A stretch of DNA of 63,980 nt, counting the filler. It is 7 parts of 7 records of this genome, joined end to end, with 100 filler letters (N's around TTAATTAATTAA, not from the genome) between each part and the next. Parts side by side here need not be neighbours in the genome. Positions count along the whole stretch, not along the records: positions 26,644 to 51,387 come from SRR31156797_18086; 6 more parts are not named here. One strand, given 5' to 3'. The notes under the pieces were generated by a model, which made no database searches, was not told the origin of the DNA, and saw only the letters and a program-made list of their open reading frames with translations. Position numbers and translations under genes: made by a program. Below, in pieces: positions 40,822 through 50,335 of the stretch (position 1 is the first letter of the stretch; the number at the start of each line of letters is the position of its first letter).

Positions 40822-41688
40822 CTAATTCTTAGTTGCTGGACATTCTAAATCCAATTGACCAATCCCTTCGCCATAACCAGCACCAATTTTTGCTTCTAGT
40901 TGATCCCAATTTTGAATTATTTCTTCAGTTGACTTAACGCCATAAAAATTATAATCAGATGTTGGAATGTTTTCAACTTCTTTTCTGATATAGTCTGCTT
41001 TTGAGAAGGTTTTTGACCATCCGTTTTCCAGGTATTTGTAATTGATTGAAAGCTCACCACCACCAATGTCAAAGTCAGAAAAGTATTTGGCTGGAAATCG
41101 TTCAAATCCCCAAGCAATGAGTTTTTCGTCACAATCAGTTGGTTTATAGCTTCCTATCCATTGATTTTTAAAGCCCTCTTCATACACAAAATTATTCCGA
41201 TCTGCCAACTGATAATTGTCTGTAATTGCTGTCACAACTCTTCCAAATCCGTTTATTTCTCCGTCAGTAGAATTAAAAGTTAAGAATATTTCAACAACAG
41301 CTCTTTGGCTTTCTGTATTTTGAAATTTTAAAATACGATCGATTGAAATGAGTAGCTTTTTGCCTAAGATCTTATTTGTCAAATTGTATCGACAATCAAC
41401 AATTGCCTTATTTTCAGAAATCTTTTCAATGCTCTTATAGTTAACGAGAAGCCGAGAATAATTCGACCCAAACACGCCAAACTCCGGGCAGTTTTCGTAA
41501 ATACGATTCCCGTGTAGTTTTATAACTTTTTCAAGGTCAATCTTTTCTTTTAAGGAGATCGTCACATCTTCACCAACTCCAAATATTGAGGTTTCATTTT
41601 TGAAGTCTGAAATAAGCTTTTCTGGGGGTTGCCCAAAGGAGTGAAAGTATATAAAACTTAAAATAATTATTATTGAGCTTTTTATCAT
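40822..41688 (-). CDS. Exported hypothetical protein, candidate immunity protein
   Basis: Signal peptide; ATGA overlap with the upstream toxin-like gene. Confidence 0.6.
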   Translation of the reverse strand: MIKSSIIIILSFIYFHSFGQPPEKLISDFKNETSIFGVGEDVTISLKEKIDLEKVIKLHGNRIYENCPEFGVFGSNYSRLLVNYKSIEKISENKAIVDCRYNLTNKILGKKLLISIDRILKFQNTESQRAVVEIFLTFNSTDGEINGFGRVVTAITDNYQLADRNNFVYEEGFKNQWIGSYKPTDCDEKLIAWGFERFPAKYFSDFDIGGGELSINYKYLENGWSKTFSKADYIRKEVENIPTSDYNFYGVKSTEEIIQNWDQLEAKIGAGYGEGIGQLDLECPATKN

Positions 41689-43817
41689 TCTGTTTCTTGA
41701 TTAGTTGTAGTTTCTTGACTTTCTAAATTTATAATTGTATAATACCATCTTCTTTGACCGGAATCTTCTGCTTTATCTGTAACATGGCCCCAAAACTCAT
41801 AAAACTTTTCAGGGCCAAAAACAATTTGACAACCTTCTGACCAACCTCCTACATTTTGCTCAATAACCTGACTACCATCTTCATTATTATTAGTAATTGC
41901 ATTATCCCCATCATATTTACTATCTTCAGTTACTGTACCTGGTTTTAAGTCCTTAAGATAATTAATTTTAGATTTTGACACTTCATCTCCTAAGGTTTCT
42001 TTTAGATTATCAAACACAGATTCTAAGTCTTCAAAATCTTCAATGGCTTTATTATGTAGATTATCAAATGACTCAACTTCCCCATCTAAAATTGCTATAA
42101 AAGCATTACCGGGTTTACCATCTATATCACCAACATCTTTTGTATAATTCATTTGTTTTTCCAATATCCCTTTGACATGATCATCTTTAATTAGAGCTTT
42201 AATATCGTCTGAGTTAAGTTCTGATAGATTGTCTGGTTTTTCAAAAGTATCATCAACAGACTCCAAAATTCTTACAAATGATTCTTTCAATTCATCACTA
42301 GCTGAATATTTATTAGAAATGTAAGATTTAATTCCATCAACATCTCTTTCAATATTATCTTCACTACCCTCTAATTTGAATATTGCTTTCCCTTCATTAA
42401 ACTCAACAAATTCATATTTTTTAGCATCTTTCCAATCCTTTAAATTATCATAAGCTTTAATGTTTCGCTTTTCGCCCCATTGTGTTAATACTTTAAAGGC
42501 TGTAACATACATTAAGTTGATTAAAAATTCATCCTCCTCTGTTGAGATATAGTCTGCGGATAAACTATTTGAACTCATACCAGAGATATTTACACCATCA
42601 TTACCTCCATGATGGAAGTTAAAAGTAGTATCATCAGCATAAAAATTAGTAGTATCACTATCTCCGCTGTTTTTAATAAGTGCATGGCTTGTTCTTCCTC
42701 CAGGTTGGCGTCCCTTATGGTAACCTAGCTCCATTGTTAAAGTTTGAGGTAATAAAATACGATGGTCATCTAACTCACCTGGTTCTGTTGATGCCGTATA
42801 AACTTTTGCATGTTTCGTGACTACATCTTCTTCAGTCTCTGTGGTCCAACAAACAGCAATACTATCATTGTATTGAGTAACATTATCATCAATAGCACGC
42901 CTAATACTAACTACATTAGTAATATTTGTCTTAGTACTCCATAAACCGTTTCTTGCATGAGTTATATCTTCAAAAAAATCATATATCGTTTCTTCACTTG
43001 CATTTTCAAAATTGGGTATTTCAATTTCATTTCCTTCTTCGTCCATTAAACTCTCATTATCTTTCTCATTTCTTAAAGAATCCTTATCATTCTCACCCAT
43101 AATTGAAGCAAAGCTATTTCCTGGCTTTCCATCAACCCCATTCATTAGATTATCTAGGTTCTCATTAGTAATATCATTTCCATTGATATTATTATTAACT
43201 TGTTTTTCAACAATTGCTATAATTCCAGCATCAGGAATTATCTTTACGTCATCTGCGCTTGTGCCCTCCAAGTCAGTAGGGATGTTGTAATCAAAGTCAA
43301 TGGATTCATCCGAAGCATATATCATTATTTTGATAATTGCATTCCAATTATAATTTTGTAATATCCAGTTCCGCTTTTCAACTATTGTTTGAGACACTTC
43401 TCTTTCATCCTCTTCCCCACCAACAGTATAAAAACGAACAATAATCTTTCCTTCAGAATTTATAAACACCTCTATCTCATTTGTTTGAATGTCAAGAGTA
43501 GTTCCCACTGGAACATAAGACTGTATTGGGCTATTTAAAAGACTCGAGTTATCAACCATCTTTCCATTAGCTGCTTCTCTTCCCATTTCATCAGCTTCAT
43601 TTTCTAAGAAGGGATCAGAATTAACAGTAATTCCTTTTAATTGAGTTCGTTCCTCCTCCGGCTCTTCATTTATTTGTAGCTGTCTGGTTGCATTATAAGC
43701 CTCTACCTGCGCTTTCATTTGCGCCATGATGGCTTCGGTGTTTTGTTTGCGAGGTTTTTTGGATCCTGTTCTGGGGCCTAGAACACTTTGTTCTTTGCGC
43801 TGCATGTATTCCGACAT
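41685..43817 (-). CDS. Candidate effector: partial eCIS-core (DUF4157-like) leader + L,D-transpeptidase-like (H...SxGC) domain
   Basis: NSDPFLENEADEMGREA; NVVSIRR..YND..STEPG..NFHHGG..GGWSEGCQIV..WYYTII; two DGKPG motifs. Start moved to ATG 43817. Confidence 0.55.
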   Translation of the reverse strand: MSEYMQRKEQSVLGPRTGSKKPRKQNTEAIMAQMKAQVEAYNATRQLQINEEPEEERTQLKGITVNSDPFLENEADEMGREAANGKMVDNSSLLNSPIQSYVPVGTTLDIQTNEIEVFINSEGKIIVRFYTVGGEEDEREVSQTIVEKRNWILQNYNWNAIIKIMIYASDESIDFDYNIPTDLEGTSADDVKIIPDAGIIAIVEKQVNNNINGNDITNENLDNLMNGVDGKPGNSFASIMGENDKDSLRNEKDNESLMDEEGNEIEIPNFENASEETIYDFFEDITHARNGLWSTKTNITNVVSIRRAIDDNVTQYNDSIAVCWTTETEEDVVTKHAKVYTASTEPGELDDHRILLPQTLTMELGYHKGRQPGGRTSHALIKNSGDSDTTNFYADDTTFNFHHGGNDGVNISGMSSNSLSADYISTEEDEFLINLMYVTAFKVLTQWGEKRNIKAYDNLKDWKDAKKYEFVEFNEGKAIFKLEGSEDNIERDVDGIKSYISNKYSASDELKESFVRILESVDDTFEKPDNLSELNSDDIKALIKDDHVKGILEKQMNYTKDVGDIDGKPGNAFIAILDGEVESFDNLHNKAIEDFEDLESVFDNLKETLGDEVSKSKINYLKDLKPGTVTEDSKYDGDNAITNNNEDGSQVIEQNVGGWSEGCQIVFGPEKFYEFWGHVTDKAEDSGQRRWYYTIINLESQETTTNQETE

Positions 43818-43884
43818 AACTCGTTTTTGACTGTTTGAGGCAAAAATAGGGTTTATTTCAAATTTGGCAAAGGGAATACAATTA

Positions 43885-43936
43885 AAACCATTTGCTACGA
43901 CTCCGCTCAGCAACCGTACTTCGACTCCGCTCAGCA
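43885..43936 (+). repeat. Tandem pair of C(T/A)CGACTCCGCTCAGC REP-like motifs
   Basis: AACCATTTGCTACGACTCCGCTCAGCAACCG TACTTCGACTCCGCTCAGCA. The first unit nearly equals the reverse complement of 50792-50823. Confidence 0.8.
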
Positions 43937-43982
43937 GCAATGCTAGCTTCTTTCAGCAACCTATAGTGAAATTAGTTAAGAA

Positions 43983-46829
43983 TTAAAGAAAGGTTTCCAA
44001 AGATAGTTGACTATCATCATCGGTTTGTTTTAAGGGTAAAGTGATAATAAATGTACTTCCTTTTTCTGGTTGGCTTTTCACGCAAATTGAACCATTGTGT
44101 TTATCAACAAATTCTTTGCACAACAACAAGCCAAAGCCTGTTCCTTTTTCGCCTTTTGTGCCCGGATTCGATCTTGTTTTATCTAATTTAAATAATGATT
44201 TTACCATTTCTTTATCCATTCCTACACCTGAGTCAGCTATGCTCAACTCCAACTTATCTTTCCTGGTTTTTGCCGAAATATGCACAATGCCATTTTCTGG
44301 TGTAAATTTAATGGCATTACTCAATAAATTTCGAATAATCGTATTGAGCATACCCTTGTCAGCCTCAAAGCGAATTGAGTCGGACACATCAATAGTAATT
44401 TTGATGTTTTTATCTGATGCTTCTTGCTCTAAAAATTTATGAGAGCTGTTCACTAATTTAATCAACTGAATATCATCCGGGTTAAATGGTGATTTATCAC
44501 TTTGGACTTTTGACCACTCCAATAAATTACTCAGAAGAATAAATGTTTCACTAGATGTTTTATTTATGGCCAGTGCAAATTCTTTAATTCTGTCTTTGCT
44601 ATATTCATATACATTTTCAACTAACAATTCAGAAAGCCCTAAAATTGAGTTAAATGGTCCCCTTAAATCGTGACTTAAAATAGAAATAAAACGATCCTTA
44701 GTTTTAATGGCAAGTTCAAGTTCTTTATATTGTGCTGATAGTATTTCTTTTTTGCGATCTTCCTTAATACGATTGCTAATTTTTTCGGCACTGGCTTTCA
44801 AGTATTCAAAATCAGTATGCTGCCATTCTTTATCATCAATACAATTATCAAATCCAATAAAGCCCCATAACTCTGTGTCAATCAAAATCGGAATAATTAA
44901 AATCGCTTTAATATCCTGAGGCTCCAATATTGCTCTTTCAGACTCAGGAAAATGAGCCACCTTACCACTTACAATTTTATTGCTTTGCAAATTATTAAGC
45001 CATCTGGGAAATGATTCGGCATAAGGTAAATTTTGAAGCTCCGGATTGTCAATTTCGGGCTTAATGCCTTTTGCAACGTACTCCGCAATTTGACTCATTA
45101 ACAATTCATCTTTTTCATTGGTGTGATTTTTAAACACATAGGCTCTACTGGCATTTGACACCTTGCCAACCACATCCACAAACAATTGAAGCTGAATATT
45201 AAAATGTCCGTTTTGAAGAATATCTGATCCTTGATTAAGAGCTACCAGGTAATCTTTACGTTGATCCAACAACTGCTTCTGTTTCACCTCCTTAGTAATA
45301 TCACTACATACTACATAAGCCCTCTGATAAACTCCATTCTCATCATATTCAAACGATGCCTTATCTCTGCGCCAGATATATTTTCCATTTTTATGCTTAG
45401 CTCTAAAAACATAGCTAAGTTCTTCTTCTTTATTTTCAATAGCTGTATAAATATTTTGAAAAACTATATCTCTGTCGTCTGAGTGAATAAGTTGCTCAAT
45501 AGCTCCAACATCTCTTGCTAACTCTTCTTTTTCTGAATATCCTAAAATTTTTAGATAGGAAGGCGAAACATATTCAACACCATTCTCCGGATGTAATATC
45601 AACAACCCATCAGCTGTGTTATTTACTAGCGCTTTAAATTTTTGCTCGCTCTTCTGAAGCGCAATTTCAGCTTTTTTACGTTGATTGATATTTGTATGGG
45701 TGCCCACAAATCTTATGGGTATTCCTTTGTCATCCTTTTCTACTATCTCTCCGCGACCCATTATCCATATCCATCCACCATTTTTCTGTTTGAATCTAAA
45801 CTCCACAACAAAACGATCAATTTTGCCTTCCAAGTGCTTCTGCGCTTCATTCATCACATAGTCAACATCTTTCGGATGCAAACGCTTTTGAAACTCATCA
45901 AGTTGATGTGGAAAATCATCAATATTATATCCGGCCATTTTGTAGTATTGCGGATCAAAATATACTTCGTTGGTAATTAAATTCCAATCCCACAACCCAT
46001 CATTTGAAGCCAACATTACTTTTGATAATCGGTCTTCACTTAAACGAAGTTTCTCTTCAATTTCTTTTCTGCGGGTGATATCAGAAGCATGTCCTTCAAT
46101 GATAACCTCATCACCTTCTTGATGCTTGTGCATGAAACTGTCATGTAACCAAATCCATTGCCCTTCCTTAGATTGAATACGATACTCTATATCGAAATCG
46201 GCTCCTTTGCCATGATCTTCAATGGCTTTTTTAACCATTTCCCGATCATCAGGATGAACGGATTTAGTCCACAAAAAAGGATCTGAAATCACTTCTTCGG
46301 GTTCATAACCTAAAATATTCTTTATTGTTGGAGAATAAAATAATGCACCTCGTTTATTCGACTTCCTATAAAGTATATCAGGAGAGTGATTAATTAAATT
46401 TCGATAACGTTCTTCTCTTAATTGTAACTCTTGCTCTGCTTTAACACGATCTGTTATATCGCGCGAATTAATAATTACACCATCGTTAATCTTGTTTGAA
46501 CTAAATCTTTGTCCAATAGACTCAAACCAGCGCCAATCTCCATTCTTATGTTGAATGCGATAAACTCCTTTTTTTACATCCTGATTTAACGATGTAAACT
46601 TCTTCTTTACACTTTCTAAATCATCAGGATGTATAAATTGAAAAACACTTTTACCTTTTCGATCATCAGGATTATATCCCAATAAATTTTCCAGGGCTTC
46701 ACTTTCATAAATAATCTTTCCTTTATCAGATAAGATTGTAATAATATCAAATGAGTTTTTTGTAATAAGTTTTAAAGTCTCCAGATCCAGAGATAAAGCA
46801 TCTTTTTTTATTTCACCAATACCACCCAT
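43983..46829 (-). CDS. Multi-PAS/GAF cytoplasmic histidine kinase
   Basis: Four PAS/PAC units (HPDD..., W.W), a GAF domain, SHDLRGP H-box and HATPase motifs. Confidence 0.93.
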   Translation of the reverse strand: MGGIGEIKKDALSLDLETLKLITKNSFDIITILSDKGKIIYESEALENLLGYNPDDRKGKSVFQFIHPDDLESVKKKFTSLNQDVKKGVYRIQHKNGDWRWFESIGQRFSSNKINDGVIINSRDITDRVKAEQELQLREERYRNLINHSPDILYRKSNKRGALFYSPTIKNILGYEPEEVISDPFLWTKSVHPDDREMVKKAIEDHGKGADFDIEYRIQSKEGQWIWLHDSFMHKHQEGDEVIIEGHASDITRRKEIEEKLRLSEDRLSKVMLASNDGLWDWNLITNEVYFDPQYYKMAGYNIDDFPHQLDEFQKRLHPKDVDYVMNEAQKHLEGKIDRFVVEFRFKQKNGGWIWIMGRGEIVEKDDKGIPIRFVGTHTNINQRKKAEIALQKSEQKFKALVNNTADGLLILHPENGVEYVSPSYLKILGYSEKEELARDVGAIEQLIHSDDRDIVFQNIYTAIENKEEELSYVFRAKHKNGKYIWRRDKASFEYDENGVYQRAYVVCSDITKEVKQKQLLDQRKDYLVALNQGSDILQNGHFNIQLQLFVDVVGKVSNASRAYVFKNHTNEKDELLMSQIAEYVAKGIKPEIDNPELQNLPYAESFPRWLNNLQSNKIVSGKVAHFPESERAILEPQDIKAILIIPILIDTELWGFIGFDNCIDDKEWQHTDFEYLKASAEKISNRIKEDRKKEILSAQYKELELAIKTKDRFISILSHDLRGPFNSILGLSELLVENVYEYSKDRIKEFALAINKTSSETFILLSNLLEWSKVQSDKSPFNPDDIQLIKLVNSSHKFLEQEASDKNIKITIDVSDSIRFEADKGMLNTIIRNLLSNAIKFTPENGIVHISAKTRKDKLELSIADSGVGMDKEMVKSLFKLDKTRSNPGTKGEKGTGFGLLLCKEFVDKHNGSICVKSQPEKGSTFIITLPLKQTDDDSQLSLETFL

Positions 46830-46974
46830 ATTCTGATATCATTCAATTTAGAGACATAGAGAAGAGCAAATAAAGGCTTACAAATTATTTCCCGAGCATA
46901 ATAGTGTAAACAGAGCAAAAGGAAAGTTAAGGAAAGTTTTAACAAAAAACAAGTTTAATTTTCATGATCAAAAC

Positions 46975-48930
46975 CTACTGAATAGCCTTACGCATTTTCA
47001 GAATATATTTTGAACGATCCAGGGGACTAATTCCCTTAAATGGCCTGATTACACCCTGTTCATCTACGCATGGTTGATAGGAATGAAGCCGTGTAGATAT
47101 TTTTGCCTTGCCACCGGAGCGAGAGCTCAATTGAATGGGATATTCCAATGATGTGGCTAACGGTAAAAGTCCGGTTAATGTAAATTTTCCATCATTCATT
47201 TCAGGACTCTCAAATGAACCTCTCATTTGGGTTATATCACCTGTAATAACTCCTAATAAATCTTCGGTGGCTGAAATTTTAAATTCCAAAACAGGCTCTA
47301 GTAAGGTTGTGCCAATATCTTTTAATCCCTCCATAATTCCCATTGGAGTAGCTATGATAAAATCACCCGGGCGAGAGTGAATTTCATGATCTTCTCCATC
47401 AATCAGGGTAATTTTAAGATCAGTAACTTCCCATCCCTTAATACCTTGCTTCAAAGCCTCAGGAATGGTTCTCTCCACCTCATTCTGATATTTACGGTGA
47501 ATTTTATCTACACTAACTTCAGATTTGTAAACGACTCCTTTTCCTGGTTCACCAGGTTCAATTCTGAATTTTACAACTGCCCAACAAGGCTTAGGCATGG
47601 TGTATTCAGCAAATCCATATCCTTCGGCAACGGGTTTCTCTTTATAAATGACAGTAGGATCTTCAAATTGAGCTTCGATGTTAAATCTGTCTTGCAAAAT
47701 GGATGTAAGCACTTCCATTTGTATCCAACCCATTACTTTCACATGTAATTCCTTATCCTCCTTGAGCCATTCAAAGCTAAGTTCGGGATTCTCAAGGGTT
47801 AAAAACTGCAATGCTTCTGCCAGCGCTATATAATCTTTATCCAAAGCAGGTTTTACCTGAACTGTAAGCAGTGGTGATTGCAATTTATTAGTGTCATTTT
47901 CATCCGAAGGAGCCTTTCCAAGCACATTGCCAACCTCAACCTCTTTAAGTCCATAAATATTGACTATATCGCCCTCATTTGCCATTTTTAGGTCTATAAT
48001 ATCTCCACCTCTGTTTTGTTTTAGCAAAGTAACTTTCTCCTCAATTTCTTTTGTGCTGTTTTTTATGAGATCGCGCGGTTGAATTTGTCCCTTTAGAATT
48101 TTGGCATATGTAATTAGTCCCTGGCCAGATTCATTAGTTACTCCGAATACCTTTGCAGAAAAAGGAGCATCATCATTGAAATTTGAATACGAAAGACCGA
48201 CAATATTTTGTAGCAATAAGTCAATACTTAATCCGGTTTTAGCACTTCCCAAAATAACAGGTGTTATTTTTGCCTTAATAATTGCTTGTTTCAGTGCCTC
48301 ATTAAGTACTTCAAAACTCGGTAATTCTCCTGATAGATATTTCTCAAGCACTTCATCATTTAGACTTGCAAGTGCTTCAATTATTTCTTCATTAAGATTC
48401 TCGCCGTGCCATAATAATTTCGAAGTTGCTTCGGCTGTTTCTTCTCCATCAATTTCGTTAAGCACAATTACATTTTCGCTAAACTGCTTTTCCAATTCAG
48501 ATATAACCAACTCACTATCAGCACCAACCCTGTCAACCTTGTTGATGAAAACAATAACAGGGATTCCTGCTTGCTGCAATACTTTCCATAAGGTTTCGGT
48601 ATGTGCCTGAATACCTTCCACTGCAGATATAACCAAAACAGCCACATCAATTACACCTAAAACTCGCTCTACTTCAGCAGAAAAATCAACATGACCTGGT
48701 GTGTCAATTAAGAAGATCTCAGTATTATCCCATTCAATGGTTGTATAAGCAGATTGCACAGAAATGCCTCTATTCTTTTCTACCGCTAATCGGTCTGTTT
48801 GGGCGGTTCCATCATCCACGCTTCCAAGGTTTTTGGTAGCTCCACTCACATACAATAGCTGCTCGGTAAGTGATGTTTTACCGGCATCAACGTGCGCTAA
48901 AATTCCTATGCTGATTTTTGGTTTATGCAT
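46975..48930 (-). CDS. TetM/TetO-like ribosomal protection protein-related translational GTPase
   Basis: AHVDAGKTSLTE, RGISV, DTPGHVDF and NKVD motifs; 651 aa from ATG 48930; RPP-like C-terminus DRSKY. Confidence 0.8.
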   Translation of the reverse strand: MHKPKISIGILAHVDAGKTSLTEQLLYVSGATKNLGSVDDGTAQTDRLAVEKNRGISVQSAYTTIEWDNTEIFLIDTPGHVDFSAEVERVLGVIDVAVLVISAVEGIQAHTETLWKVLQQAGIPVIVFINKVDRVGADSELVISELEKQFSENVIVLNEIDGEETAEATSKLLWHGENLNEEIIEALASLNDEVLEKYLSGELPSFEVLNEALKQAIIKAKITPVILGSAKTGLSIDLLLQNIVGLSYSNFNDDAPFSAKVFGVTNESGQGLITYAKILKGQIQPRDLIKNSTKEIEEKVTLLKQNRGGDIIDLKMANEGDIVNIYGLKEVEVGNVLGKAPSDENDTNKLQSPLLTVQVKPALDKDYIALAEALQFLTLENPELSFEWLKEDKELHVKVMGWIQMEVLTSILQDRFNIEAQFEDPTVIYKEKPVAEGYGFAEYTMPKPCWAVVKFRIEPGEPGKGVVYKSEVSVDKIHRKYQNEVERTIPEALKQGIKGWEVTDLKITLIDGEDHEIHSRPGDFIIATPMGIMEGLKDIGTTLLEPVLEFKISATEDLLGVITGDITQMRGSFESPEMNDGKFTLTGLLPLATSLEYPIQLSSRSGGKAKISTRLHSYQPCVDEQGVIRPFKGISPLDRSKYILKMRKAIQ

Positions 48931-49072
48931 TGTATAATAGAAAAGCTGTAAACTTAAGTATTTTGCAGCATTTATAAATATTAAAACCATTAAGTTATTA
49001 TGTTTGAAAAAGCATAAGCTAAAATTTTTATATTGGTTTACCACAATACAACAACCATAAAAATTAAAGCTT

Positions 49073-50155
49073 ATGCCACGTAAAATTAATGAAAATTCAT
49101 TTGAAGGTCAATCTATCTTTATTGGAATAGATGTGCACAAAAAGAGTTGGAAAGTGAACATACTTGGAAAACATTACGAACACAAAGCATTTAGTCAGGA
49201 TCCTGATCCTACAATTTTAGCTAGTTATGTGAAAAAGAATTTTCCTGGTGCTGAGTTTCATGCGGTATATGAAGCAGGATTTAGCGGATTTGAAGCATGT
49301 CGATCACTTAATAATTTAGGGATTAATTGTATGGTTATTCATCCAGCAGATGTGCCTACAAGTTCTAAAGAAAGACTGCAAAAGACAGATAAAATAGATA
49401 GCCGTAAACTTGCGCGAGCACTCAGAAGTGGTGAACTTGAAGCAATCCATATTCCTGCAAAAGAGTTAGAAGCGAATAGAGCTCTAGTTCGGCAACGATT
49501 TAGAATTGTAAAAGATATTAGTAGGATAAAAAACAGACTTAAATCATTACTTTTTCAATTTGATATTTCAATTCCTAATGAATTTACAGATTATCAGAGT
49601 AGATACTGGTCAAAGACCTATACAAACTGGCTTAAAGAACTAACTATCAAACATGAATCACTAAAACAAACTATTAATAATTATGTGAAAATTGGTGAAA
49701 TATTACGATCAGAACTTTTAACTATTAATAAGCAAATAAGACAATTATCTCGCTCACAACTATATGAACACAACCATAATCTGTTACTAGGAATACCTGG
49801 TATAGGTACTATTGCTGCGATGATAATTTTAACAGAATTAGGAGATATTAAAAGATTTAAACGGATAGATGAGCTTTGTAGCTATGTTGGATTAATTCCA
49901 AGAATGTACGGATCTGGAGATAAGATGCAAACAGGAAAGTTAACTAAAAGAGGAAGGAAAATTCTGAAAATAATATTAATTGAAGCCTCTTGGATTGCAA
50001 TTAGAAAAGATCCTGCATTAATGCTGAAATTCAACGAGCTTTCAGAGAAGATGAAAAAGAATAAAGCAATTATACGTATTGCAAAAAAGCTATTAAGCCG
50101 AATTAGATTCGTATTAGTCAATCAACAACCTTATGAATATAGTATAGTAGAATAA
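49073..50155 (+). CDS. IS110 family transposase/recombinase
   Basis: DEDD RuvC-like residues GIDVH, YEAG and KTDKIDS; C-terminal IPGIG...GLIP...SG with the catalytic Ser. Confidence 0.95.
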   Translation: MPRKINENSFEGQSIFIGIDVHKKSWKVNILGKHYEHKAFSQDPDPTILASYVKKNFPGAEFHAVYEAGFSGFEACRSLNNLGINCMVIHPADVPTSSKERLQKTDKIDSRKLARALRSGELEAIHIPAKELEANRALVRQRFRIVKDISRIKNRLKSLLFQFDISIPNEFTDYQSRYWSKTYTNWLKELTIKHESLKQTINNYVKIGEILRSELLTINKQIRQLSRSQLYEHNHNLLLGIPGIGTIAAMIILTELGDIKRFKRIDELCSYVGLIPRMYGSGDKMQTGKLTKRGRKILKIILIEASWIAIRKDPALMLKFNELSEKMKKNKAIIRIAKKLLSRIRFVLVNQQPYEYSIVE

Positions 50156-50182
50156 AATAAATTATTTCAAACCTTAAAAATT

Positions 50183-50335
50183 GGATGGAGGAATAAACGG
50201 TGTTTAATTTTTGCGGCACTCCAATATGAAGAAGACCGCTACATTAAGATTACGTCCTCCTTCCTCTTTAAAAAGAAAAGTACGTTGCAGCTATAATTAC
50301 AGACTGCTGATAGAAGATTGATTAAGAGGATTTTG
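50183..50335 (+). ncRNA. Candidate bridge/seek RNA of the IS110 element
   Basis: Two parallel stem-internal loop-stem modules carrying CATTAAGA (target match) and ATAGAAG (donor-junction match). Boundaries are approximate. Confidence 0.65.

Noticed and set aside
43818-43940. N-terminal extension of the 751-aa ORF
   Set aside because: Begins inside the REP-like tandem motif; ATG 43817 is the more plausible start.
46975-48930. Calling this a named tet resistance gene (tetM/tetQ)
   Set aside because: Domain IV loop differs from characterised RPPs, and identity cannot be computed here.
48931-49044. N-terminal extension of the Tet-like GTPase ORF
   Set aside because: Runs into the IS left end; GTPase homology begins at ATG 48930.
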